From Salisapilia sapeloensis CBS 127946 (taxonomy: Eukaryota > Protista > Oomycota), in assembly GCA_023334545.1 (NCBI GenBank), contig JAADVB010000168.1, forward strand, positions 1 through 42,474: DNA of 42,474 nt. The letters run 5' to 3'. The notes under the pieces are model-generated. The model was not told the origin of the DNA and searched no databases. It was given only the letters and a program-made list of their open reading frames with translations. This document shows positions 1 to 9,889 of the stretch, piece by piece. The position numbers and the translations under genes were made by a program. Within the stretch, counting starts at the first letter, position 1. Each line of letters begins with the position of its first letter.

Positions 1-699
1 CACATCATTCGTAGCATACCGAAAGTGGATATACTGCCGAAGCCGGCGCCGGAAGTGTAAAGCAAGCATGTTGTTAGCGCTTGTCTTCATCTGAATGGCT
101 GCATAGTTAATGATCGAACTTCTGTTTACAACTGCCACCGGGTGTAGGCTGTATTTGAGTGCGTAGGTCTTTGTAGAGTTGACAAGTCAGACCGAAACCC
201 GGGTATTTGGTAACGAGCGTTTTTTGTTTACCGTGCTTTGGGTATGTAAGCACAGCGGACTGACAGCGGTAAAAGAAGTTTTGGTCTAGTTGGGGTAAAA
301 CTTCCCGTCCTTGATGCATCGGCGAACATGCAAATTTACTAGATGTGAAGCTTCCGTAACGACTTGACGCATAACGACAGAAACTCGTCGTATCTCATCG
401 CACACTCTTCCTGGTGGACTCAACCGGGAAAATTTACAGGTGACGGTGGAAGTAGTCGTAGGGCCTGAGGTTGGCAGAAACGTGCCATTTCCTACAGGTT
501 GATCCAGCTCTACGCTTGAGTGGGTTTTAAGCACGGCGTGAGCGGATAGTTGAAAAGAGGGTGGTACCTCTTCAGAAGCTTTCCGCTTGCGTTCGAGTTG
601 TCTCTGAAAGTTGGGAGTTGCCATTTGCAGGCTGCGTGGACGTTTGAGTAATGAGGACTTCGAGGTCGTATGCGCTTGGGTCGATAAGTTGCGTTTCAT
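1..699 (-). mobile_element. 5' part of a probable Fanzor1 (eukaryotic TnpB-like) gene, truncated by the window edge and interrupted by two 1-nt indels
   Basis: Joining three segments on the - strand gives ...TVTCKFSRL..RVCDEIRRVSVVMRQVVTEASHLVNLHVRRCIKDG / EVLPQLDQNFFYRCQSAV...LYKDLR..QPT / PVAVVNRSSIINYAAIQMKTSANNMLALHFRRRLRQYIHFRY, with the last frame open to base 1. The EAxHLxNLH, LDQxFFYxC and N..LHFxxRLxxYI motifs match my recollection of the Fanzor1 N-terminal (WED/REC) region. The RuvC domain is not in the window. Confidence 0.68.
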
Positions 700-850
700 C
701 AATCAACTTCATTGCAGCAAGGCAAAAGGATAATGTAGGCACGATCTAAGAAGGCGCTGTTCGGAATTAACGGTACGACAAAAAAGACTTTTTATATTTG
801 TGTTTTGCTGACTTTCATTCTTGTGCTTTTAGCTAAAATTACCCAACTTG

Positions 851-922
851 TTCGATTTGCAAACCGCAAATAAATCGAATTAGTCCTTATGATTGGATTA
901 AAGTATATTTATTAACCAATCA
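851..922. repeat. Two adjacent inverted repeats upstream of the Fanzor-like ORF
   Basis: TTCGATTT(851-858)...AAATCGAA(872-879) with an inner ATTTGC/GCAAAT pairing option. TGATTGG-A-TTAA(890-901)...TTAA-CCAATCA(912-922). Confidence 0.6.
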
Positions 923-1563
923 GATGATTAGGTTAAACCTGAAATAGCACATGTCTTTTTTGTCCTTAGCACATACAAAAAGCAAGTGTTCGTTTTGGTG
1001 GGCGATTATCCGTGCGCGATTGATTCAAACAGGTTCAAAATATTTCGAATCAAACGCACAATACTTTCTTCTAGCATATCGGATTTGAACTATCCTTTGC
1101 CATTTGTGCTATTTTTTCGTTGCTATGAGTTCTAATTATGAGCTTTGTACAATGGCTATAAAGATGGGAATGTTGTAGACATCATTTGCACTGATTCCTT
1201 ACGGTAGTAGAGAATGAGCATACCAATGCCAACTAAACCAACGATGCAACATAGTACAATTCGTCAGTACGTACATGCTTTTCAATGCGTGTCATCGTGA
1301 TACGCCTTGCCAATTTTACAAGCTAGCACAGAGTATCTTGAGAATTAAGTGGTTAAAGACAAGTACTCAGCAGCAAAGGAAAAGCAAAGCTGGAAACAAC
1401 CAACACGTCGATGATATACTCTAAAATTCAGTAGCCTTAACAGAAGAAAAGCTAGCAAGAAAAAGATAGTACGCATGAATATGTCGATGTCGCAAAAGAA
1501 CCGTTTATTACAGCTGTAAGCAAAGAATCTAGAGCTCGTACTGCCACTGCATTCGCTTCAAAC

Positions 1564-2271
1564 TTACCAAGTCACAACTTTTCCTTCGTAATTGTACCAC
1601 TTGCCACTAAAGTCGGGTGTCATCTTCGTCAGTACGTTAGCCATGATGCCACTTGTGCTTTCATCAACACTGAGGACTCCGCTATATCCGTTTATGCTGG
1701 TAGCAACGTATCCCGGGCTTAAGAGGAAAGCATGGATACTTTCCTCCTTCATGTCCTCACAAAGGCTCAGCGTGAGCATGTTCAGCGCAGATTTCGACGC
1801 TCGATAAGGGACTGCTGAACCGGGAAACATCTTTATACTCATACTACCAAGTGTACTCGATATGTTCATCACGTATGCTTGATGGTCACTCGACCTCTCC
1901 ACTGCCGCCCTCAAGTTCGGACGAAAAGCTTGGGTCACCTGAAATGGACCGATAGCATTCACCTCGAATGACATTAGCATTTGGTGTTTCGTGGACTCAT
2001 TGACATTGCTTCCATGATCTATGCCAGCGTTGTTGATGAGGATGTCGATGGGAATTCCTTCACATGCTTTCGCGGCCTCCTGAATGGACGCTTCGTCCGT
2101 AACGTCTAGCTGAATGACCTTCAACGGGTTCAGTGCTTTCAGTTTGTCCGCTTTATCCGGCCGACGTGCAGTTCCGATGACCTTCCAACCAGCTTGAATC
2201 ATCTTTTCTACGAGACCGAGTCCGATGCCTTGGTTCGCACCTGTAATGAGGCAGGTCTTCTCGGTGCTCAT
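1564..2271 (-). CDS. Short-chain dehydrogenase/reductase, CsgA (C-factor)-like, intronless, 235 aa
   Basis: TGANQGIG Rossmann motif, NNAG, NISS and the YRASK catalytic YxxxK. First ATG is at 2271 (the ORF track starts at a GTG at 2352). Confidence 0.93.
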   Translation of the reverse strand: MSTEKTCLITGANQGIGLGLVEKMIQAGWKVIGTARRPDKADKLKALNPLKVIQLDVTDEASIQEAAKACEGIPIDILINNAGIDHGSNVNESTKHQMLMSFEVNAIGPFQVTQAFRPNLRAAVERSSDHQAYVMNISSTLGSMSIKMFPGSAVPYRASKSALNMLTLSLCEDMKEESIHAFLLSPGYVATSINGYSGVLSVDESTSGIMANVLTKMTPDFSGKWYNYEGKVVTW

Positions 2272-3295
2272 GGTTGATTTTCGTAGTCGGTGGTAGCTTT
2301 GTAAGTGCTTCTTCAGCTCCACGCACGTTTCGATATCATTGCGGATTTGCACATGATAAAGTAGGGATCAAAGTAAAGAAAGGGCCAATGCTGAAAATAA
2401 AGCTGTTTCGCTAAGTCGAAATTGCGATACTCTTCTCGCCTGAAAAGAGGCTTGCTGCAATAGCTTGTATGACGTAGCATCAAAATCTTTATCCGAGTCT
2501 CTTTCCCTAACCAAACGGTCTAAAATTTTGTAAGGGAGTTTCTATCTTGCATAGTCAAGGTCGAGTTGGTGCATCAACTGTGCTGAAAGCGAGGCGTTCG
2601 GACGGTATGTTTTGACACGATTATGATGACGGTATTGATCAACGATAGTAAACACCAAAGGGTGATCGTCACCGTTGTTGGCTGTATTGAAGCCTTTTTC
2701 AATCATGAAATTATCTAGCGCCGGAGGCGGCTAATACAGATCAATTTGGGTCATTCCATGACTTTTGTTTTTAATGACCAAGAATTTGGTCACGCGCTTC
2801 TTATAGCGGATGTGGCCACCAAGTTGATAGGTTACAATGCTCTAGTTGTGCTGCTTCGTGTACGCACGGATAAATTGTCCTTGTCCATTCACGATTCCAC
2901 TATAAGAACTTTTTGACCATAGAACCAATTGTCCGTAGGATGGGGGTCACAAATAGCATTGTGACCAAATCGAAATTTGACCTGCATGAGACCCCACCTA
3001 GATTACACGTAGGACAAGCACCTTATAGGAAAGTGTAAAAATCAAAGCATGAACAAATTCTTCTTTGCGTAGGTAAGAGGCGAAGAAAGTTTACCAACGT
3101 GGCACATTGCGCATAAATGGATCGTTGAATGAGTCGAAAACTCTATTTCCATCGACAAGCTTTCTTCGGAATATCAAGAACGACAATGATATCGTCTTAC
3201 GCTTGTTCTTTGGTTTGAATATCTGCATTAAGGTCTTTCATTTTGAAAGTTGCCAGTAAGATAAGAAGTCATACGCGAGAACGGAAGCAGCGATA

Positions 3296-4044
3296 ATGGA
3301 CAAAACCATTGGTAACTCCATTCATAACCTTACTGAAGAGATTCTTGCGCATGTTCCAATTGCGGAGGGAGTCGCAGACGGTGAAAGCGTCGTCTACACT
3401 TACACTCGTCTTCTTGCTCTGTGCAAAAAACTTCTTCAGTTCGAAGATAGAGGACGGAGAGCTATAGAGAGCTTGTCTGCGCTGCCGATGGAACTCCACG
3501 ATATTTTGCTTTCTGAAATTGATGGGGCTTTGTTCCAACTGTCCACTAATGACGCGGTGAGCTACCACCTAGGAGTTCACAGCTTCTACAAGGAAGACAG
3601 AATTGCAGACGGTGGACTCAATGCAATGGCACACAACTTAAGCTCGCTTCAATTATGAAGTGGTACATTTCTGTCGCCGATGACGGACATTTGATCTTTC
3701 GGAATAAGAAACACACACCAGACTGTTTGACTGCCCTTCGAGCCGTATACAAATCCACGTTAACTCCTGTGATCGTATCCTATGATCCCATCAATGACTT
3801 CTGCAAATGGGAGGTTTGCGTTACCAGTAAGCCACCGTCCAATACCGGAGACACCCAAAGCGTATTTCATTTAAAGCTCAAGACAAAGGATTCGCGTGCA
3901 TTTCTTTCGGCCGATCCAGATCGCGTCCGAGATCGCCATTCAACCTGCATGGGTGGAAGTATGTACGCAACTTGTGCGAGATATGAGGCCTTTGGAGCTT
4001 TACAATGCTGGACGATCAAAAAGTGTGTGTATCCGCAGCCGTAA
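3296..4044 (+). CDS. Probable single gene in two frames (intron or frameshift): helical N-terminus plus fascin/beta-trefoil-like C-terminus; may be a pseudogene
   Basis: ORFs 3296-3658 and 3655-4044 overlap at ATGA, and frame 2 is already open from 3553. A candidate 44-nt intron GTGAG(3557)..CAG(3600) joins them in frame. Repeats LKLASIMKWYISVADDG and LKLKTKDSRAFLSADPD resemble beta-trefoil strands. Confidence 0.4.
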
Positions 4045-5156
4045 TTTTTCCAATAGCGGAGTAAGTTCACCGAAACAATGCACTGAATTGAGTAAGACAT
4101 TCATTATCTTTACATAAGAGCAAATACCTGCGTTTTAATTCATTTGGAAATGATTTATTACGTTGCCGCTTGGAGTTCAAACAAGTGAATATTAATAGCC
4201 GGTGGGAGCGACTGGAAAGCAACCAGAAAACACCAGATAAACAGGATAAGGCCGAGCTAAGTAATAGACTGAATGGACGTGGGTATACCCAGTGGGCGGA
4301 ACCGGTACTACCGCTTTATCTCATCTGGAAGTAACGCCTGAATTGCAGCAAGCTAGATCTTGAGTCAATCGCGAGTGCCCTAAATTTTATCCAAGACCCC
4401 GGCACAGGTAAATGAGAATCGAGATATCGCTTATCAAGGAAAATCAATGGTTAACTCTGCAAAGGATAATGTTCTGACGGCTTCACAGCAAACCATTTTG
4501 CATCCAAAGCGATTGAAAATAACGTGGACAATAGTCAAGAAGATAATATCGTAGTATAGGCTCTGAAACTCTTGCTTCATGTCGTGTACTGTGAATCTCA
4601 ATTCCGGTTGTGTATCTCTTACATGTGATGGCTTTTTAACAACTCCCGAACAGTGTTTACTATGACTATTCTCGCAATCTCTTTTGCCTAATATATTCGG
4701 TCTCTTCGATAGCATCATAGCATAGATCTGAAGGAAAGTGAAATTCAATAGTTTCAGGCTCGTCACAGAAGAAACTTGTTTCAACGCTACAGTTGCCAAG
4801 TATACATTCGACTATATCATGACCAAGTTTCCGTAGAGGAAGACGTCAAGTTTAAGCTGTTTGACGTAGAGTTGCCGCTTAAGTTTAGAACTATCCGATA
4901 CGAATAGCTGATAAAAATGCATATATTTTCATCATGCATGCATGATCCTTTTTGAGTTATCTAGTACAGTCTACTCATCTTATCGTCAACTATTCTTAGC
5001 TTTTCACCATATAACCTCCATGCCCAGTTTTTAGGGATGTGTCCTCAGATGGGCGAGATATGAAGACTCTCTGCTAGAGATAAGTCTACGAAGAGTGCTA
5101 GACTTCAGAAGAGGCAAAGGTCATAATTAAATCTCCCATAAGCGTACTTCGAAAAG

Positions 5157-6209
5157 ATGCCAGCGACAGAAGTTAGCCCAGCATTACGTAGAAGACTATC
5201 GGACGATGCTCGCAGACTTCTACAATGGGGACTCGGCCATGCTTCTAATGCATCAAACCTCCGCGAGCTTTCCCAAGCTCAAAGATTCCAAAACTTCCGT
5301 GCTCAGGTGAATCTTGGGCTGCCAGAGTCTGGTACAACACTGCAATTCCGAATCGCTGCATCCGAAACTCAGTACCTCCTTCGATGCCAATTTGAAATCA
5401 GCGGTTCTGAAATTGCCCTCCTTCGAAGTGCATCAAACTCGACATCCTGGATTACCACTGATGAAGGAAGGCATGTGCAACTTCGCTCTTACCTAAAGCA
5501 GGGGCTTGCATCCGACGAAGATATCCATCAGATCAAAACCATTGTTGAAATAATGGGCGTGCTCGATCTTTCTGATGTCTATAAAGCGTGCTTAATTGCG
5601 ACTGAAGTACCACGAGAAGCAGTTGACGATCTATCTGCATCTGATCGAGCGGATAACGTCCAAGTCTTCTCCGCAACGAGTGAAAAGAATGCATATATAT
5701 TCACATTTGATCGCGAACATGGCCATCCTCGCACTGTCACTCAAACGACTTTAGCCGAAGCTGAAACAGAAACGCCGATGGTTTTAAAGCTGCGCATTTC
5801 GGACTATGCAAAATTTGAAGGGTGCATTGAAGCACCACCAGGAATGAAATCCGACATTGAATTGATGATCGATGCTGCGATGACCAAGTTTTCGGGTTGG
5901 AGCTATGGCGCGCAGCAAAGGATTATGGCGCTCTTTGACACTATAGACAAAGATGGAGATGGCTATGTGTCTACAGATGATGTATACGAGCAACTAGTCA
6001 CCGCCGGTCGGTCCGAAAGACACAGCTCACGACTGGCCCATGAAACAGATCGACTGCTCGGGGATGCCGCGGATCCTTCGGACGAGCTTCATTTCTACAG
6101 ATTTTGTGGCTTTTGGCTTTCGATGCTTGTGGACAGTTCAAGTAGCAAAGATCTATCGAACGAGATCGATATGATCAACACGCTTGAAAGCCTCTTCTTA
6201 GGTGTCTAA
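5157..6209 (+). CDS. Intronless 350-aa protein with a C-terminal EF-hand; N-terminal two thirds unrecognised
   Basis: Long ATG-initiated ORF. LFDTIDKDGDGYVSTDDV is an EF-hand loop in helix-loop-helix context. Confidence 0.8.
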   Translation: MPATEVSPALRRRLSDDARRLLQWGLGHASNASNLRELSQAQRFQNFRAQVNLGLPESGTTLQFRIAASETQYLLRCQFEISGSEIALLRSASNSTSWITTDEGRHVQLRSYLKQGLASDEDIHQIKTIVEIMGVLDLSDVYKACLIATEVPREAVDDLSASDRADNVQVFSATSEKNAYIFTFDREHGHPRTVTQTTLAEAETETPMVLKLRISDYAKFEGCIEAPPGMKSDIELMIDAAMTKFSGWSYGAQQRIMALFDTIDKDGDGYVSTDDVYEQLVTAGRSERHSSRLAHETDRLLGDAADPSDELHFYRFCGFWLSMLVDSSSSKDLSNEIDMINTLESLFLGV

Positions 6210-7074
6210 GTGCTTTCAAGGAATCTGATCAAGTCAGAAGTAGATTCAAAGTTACTACGGACGTGGAAATGCAAATAAGTAGGTAATGTTGAGGAATAAT
6301 AAACGATGGACTTTACGTAACTTGTATAAATGTTCGAATGCGTAGAATAGCTGGCGATTTCGCTATGATAGCGGACATCAAGCCGCATTTAAGCCTGTGG
6401 ACGAATTTCATCATCAATCTTACAAAGTCATTGTTTCTACAAAGGTTTGACTGAAAATGCATTCATGTCAATCCCAGATAACTTAATTACCGCCTGGTCT
6501 TTTCTTCTACCGATAAAATGTCATATAGTGCTACTCAATCATGGGAAAGTTGTTCAGAGCTAATCGTAGACCCGTAAAAGCTCGACTTCGGTTGAGTCGT
6601 CGACGATATCCATTTTCAAACGACACAACATTTATAATGTCGCCTGTCATCATGATTAGATCGACAGAACGTTTAATATTCTATACTACGAAGCACAGGG
6701 AATATTTGGCGACTTGCTGCATACTAAAGGAGCAGGTCTGGCGTGCAGAGTGTGACTGCCATAGCGACTCGTCGGCGTAAAACGTTAGACAATTGTGACA
6801 AATGTGGATATTCCATCCCTATTGTATATATTCGTGCTCAAAGGGTGCTAGGTTGACATTGGCGGTAGCACTTCTTCTCTTTTTCTGCGCTGCACTACTA
6901 ATTCTTCGTTTTTTCTTCAATTTCAGCAAGAGACTCCCTACGCATGCTTTGGCCAGCGTGAAAGAAAGCAGAACATCGATGTTCGTCTCATTCCAAAGTT
7001 TGCTCTTTAACCCTTAGATCTCGTGACCACAGCATCAAACAACTTTAAGCAATACTCTCCCATCAACCTCGATC

Positions 7075-9297
7075 ATGGCGCCTCGTTCCCAAGCAGTTCA
7101 GCTCGCCGAATCAAGTGAATGGAGTGCACTTAAAAGGCTAGTGATTGACTGCCCCAAAGTTGCCAATGAGCGAGGAGAGTACGGCATGCGTCCCATCCAC
7201 TGGTAAGGTTACCATCGCAACCGATATATTGAAGTGAGTTGTAACTTTACTTTCCATTAATATAGGGCTTGTACGGAACCTCGTTTACCGCTATCAGTGC
7301 TGGACCAACTTCTTTTGGCAGCCCCTGACACTGTACGAACAAGAAATGATGCACAACTACTACCACTTCACATTGCTATACGAGCAAAAGCTCCATATGA
7401 CTTCCTTGAACGGCTCGTACGAGCATATCCTGACGCGTTAACTGAACTCACACGTGACGGGAAGTCAACAAGCGAACTTGCTGAATGGGTGGGTCTCCCA
7501 AAAGAATGCCGCCGACTACTAAATGGATGTAATCGGACCGTCATGGTGGCGAACGAGTCCACAAATCAAAGTACAAACGAAAAAGATGACTTGAAAGACC
7601 CTCTAGTCCACACAGACGAAGAGGACCTATTAGCGTCCGAAAGTGAAATGACTTTGCTTCGCTGTCAGCAACCAGCTTCTGCGGACGGTGATCAATATGG
7701 AAATGACAGCATCATTCTTTTGGATGCGGACTGGACACCACTCATGCAATCGACATCCGGCATGCGTCCGACTGGAGAGAGCAATGATCTTGCCACTTCA
7801 ACTAAACTCGACGATTCCTTTCTCGATTGGTCCAGTGAACTCCTAGCAGAGTGCGAATCATCTTTCAAGCGTGACCCGCTTATTTCGCCGTCTTCTTCGT
7901 CTTCTTCACATTCTTCTTTCTCCATCGATTCAGTTGAAAATCATGATGATAATGTGAGAAAACAAGACCAAGAGGATACCGAGTCGATCAGTGCGATCAG
8001 TGTCTTATCAGCTCCTGAAACTTCATCATATAAAAAGAAGCCGTTTCTGACAACAAAGGAAATGCAGAACACTGCGAGCAGAAAGCATTCATTGGACACC
8101 AAGTCTCATCTGAAGGCAGCAGAAGAGGCGACACACTTTCAGCAAGAATCGTTACACATGCAATCTAATCAAGCAAGGCCGAATGCCATTTCATCTGTGT
8201 CTCGAGCAATAAGTGCTCCTGATGGTCATCCAAAGAAAGAGCCTCGTCATCGATCTCTTCCTATTGTGCCTAGCTTTCACAAATTCCGTATGAAAGAAGA
8301 TGAGTATCACTCACTGGACGGAATCTTTGGTGCTGACAATCAAGACGACGATAAAGAGCCGCAAACAATGAGCTTGAGTGATCGAGGAAGACGTCGAAGG
8401 GATAGAGTTATCAGCTCCTTTAAAAGATCAGCAAAGAGTCATGAAGGTGTAGAAGAAGATGGAAATCCACCTGTCATAGCAAGCTCAAAACCAATGGACG
8501 CTGCTCCTGAGTGGCGCCACGATGATCAATGCTCTATCTGTAGTTTAACATTCAGCATCTTTAAGCACCGCCATCATTGCCGTAACTGTGGAAAGAGTGT
8601 GTGTAAAGATCACAGTGCTGGTAAGAAGCTGCCAATGCGTGAGAAAGGATTTACAGCACCGCAGCGCGTATGCGTCGCTTGCTACACAATGCTAAACCAA
8701 AAATCTAGTAAGCACAAAGAGGTATCATCTCCTAAGGAAGACGGTGTCTTGGCTGACATGATGACAGACAGTAACCCAGTAACCAGCTTCGCTAAGCAGC
8801 AGGAGCGCTCTGTGCAATCCATGAGAACAACATCAGCAGGAGCGGCGAGTTCTCACATGACCTCATCAATGCCCATTGGTTTCATGCCTCGCACAACGAC
8901 TTGCTCCTCTGAGTATAGCTCACATTTTGATTATCCAGTCCTTCGTTACCGGAGTCCTACATCAACTAACCAGCGCACACGAATGCATTGTGCTCAAGAC
9001 TACCAACCCAATAGCTGTGGAAAACCTTCAGAAAGTTGTACAGCTGGAGGAAAGACAGAAAAAAGTAGTTCGGATGATACACCAGGCAATATTCACGTGG
9101 AGTTAAAAGACATGGTAAAGAGGCAGGATGATAAGATCGAACGTCTGGAGAAACAGAATGCCAACTTGAAAGCAGAAATTACCAGGCAGCAGGAAACGGG
9201 GGCCGAAACCAATAGACTGCTGAACCAACTGCTGAGTCGTGTATCGATTCTGGAACAAGCAGCATCGATGCATAAGAACCAAATGAATGAATTTTGA
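7075..9297 (+). CDS. Ankyrin-like repeat + FYVE zinc finger + C-terminal coiled-coil protein (exons 7075-7202, 7266-9297)
   Basis: Intron GTAAGG..TATAG (7203-7265) restores MRPIHWAC. A second repeat reads LLPLHIAIR. FYVE motifs: WRHDDQCSIC, KHRHHCRNCG, VCKDHS, RVCVAC. Confidence 0.9.
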
Positions 9298-9546
9298 TCC
9301 AAAATCTGATCGCTTTTGACGTCATTCACGTAGATCGTATTAAATGCACTGACCATGTATAGACTGTGATAGCATACTCTTTCTTGCCAAAAGTAATTGA
9401 TCATGATGAATAGCGAAACGAAGCTATGAAAAATGACTTGGTCGATGTTCAAGCATGTATTGGACAATTAACAGCACTTGAGAGCAGATTGTCTTTTACG
9501 ACTTGGATCTAAGTTTCCTGAATAGTACGATATCCATTCACGCTTC

Positions 9547-9741
9547 TTAACTGTGCGAATTCTCTTCGCTGTGTCCGTGGCCAGCAGCACCGTGGTGGTC
9601 GTCCTTGGAACCAGTGAAGAAGTCCACGACGAGGTAAGCACCGAATATGCCGGCAGCAATTCCGATGCCAGGGAAGGGCTTCTTACCAGCGTTGGAAATG
9701 AAAGGGTGCTTGCGCCAAGCGTCTTGTCCGGAGAGAACCAT
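9547..9741 (-). CDS. NDUFB3: Complex I accessory subunit B12/NDUFB3-like, 64 aa
   Basis: MVLSGQDAWRKHPFISN..PFPGIGIAAGIFGAYLVVD matches the plant-type B12 pattern (WRKHP..PGLGI..F..YL) with one TM helix. ATG at 9741. Confidence 0.8.
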   Translation of the reverse strand: MVLSGQDAWRKHPFISNAGKKPFPGIGIAAGIFGAYLVVDFFTGSKDDHHGAAGHGHSEENSHS

Positions 9742-9889
9742 CACAACCGCCGGAATCAATTTTCGTGTCCAAAGTTTGTGTTGGGACCGCTCGTGTGTTC
9801 CAAAAATAACGAACGTTATTTACTACCAATTGATGTAAATATTACAAGACAGACACGAAAAAGAAAAAGAATTCAAGAATTGGACGAGG

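Noticed and set aside
2775-2792. Perfect inverted repeat TGACCAA-GAAT-TTGGTCA
   Set aside because: A 7-bp stem is expected by chance in 42 kb, and no associated feature was found.
3655-3658. ATGA overlap read as a bacterial two-gene operon or horizontal transfer
   Set aside because: No Shine-Dalgarno-like signal, and frame 2 looks coding upstream of the ATG; a single split gene explains it better.
4280-4291. 12-bp palindrome TGGGTATACCCA near a GC-rich mini-stem, considered as a Helitron 3' end
   Set aside because: No CTRR terminus at the expected distance on either strand.
4434-4799. 121-aa ORF on the - strand
   Set aside because: TTG start, no motifs, composition like non-coding DNA.
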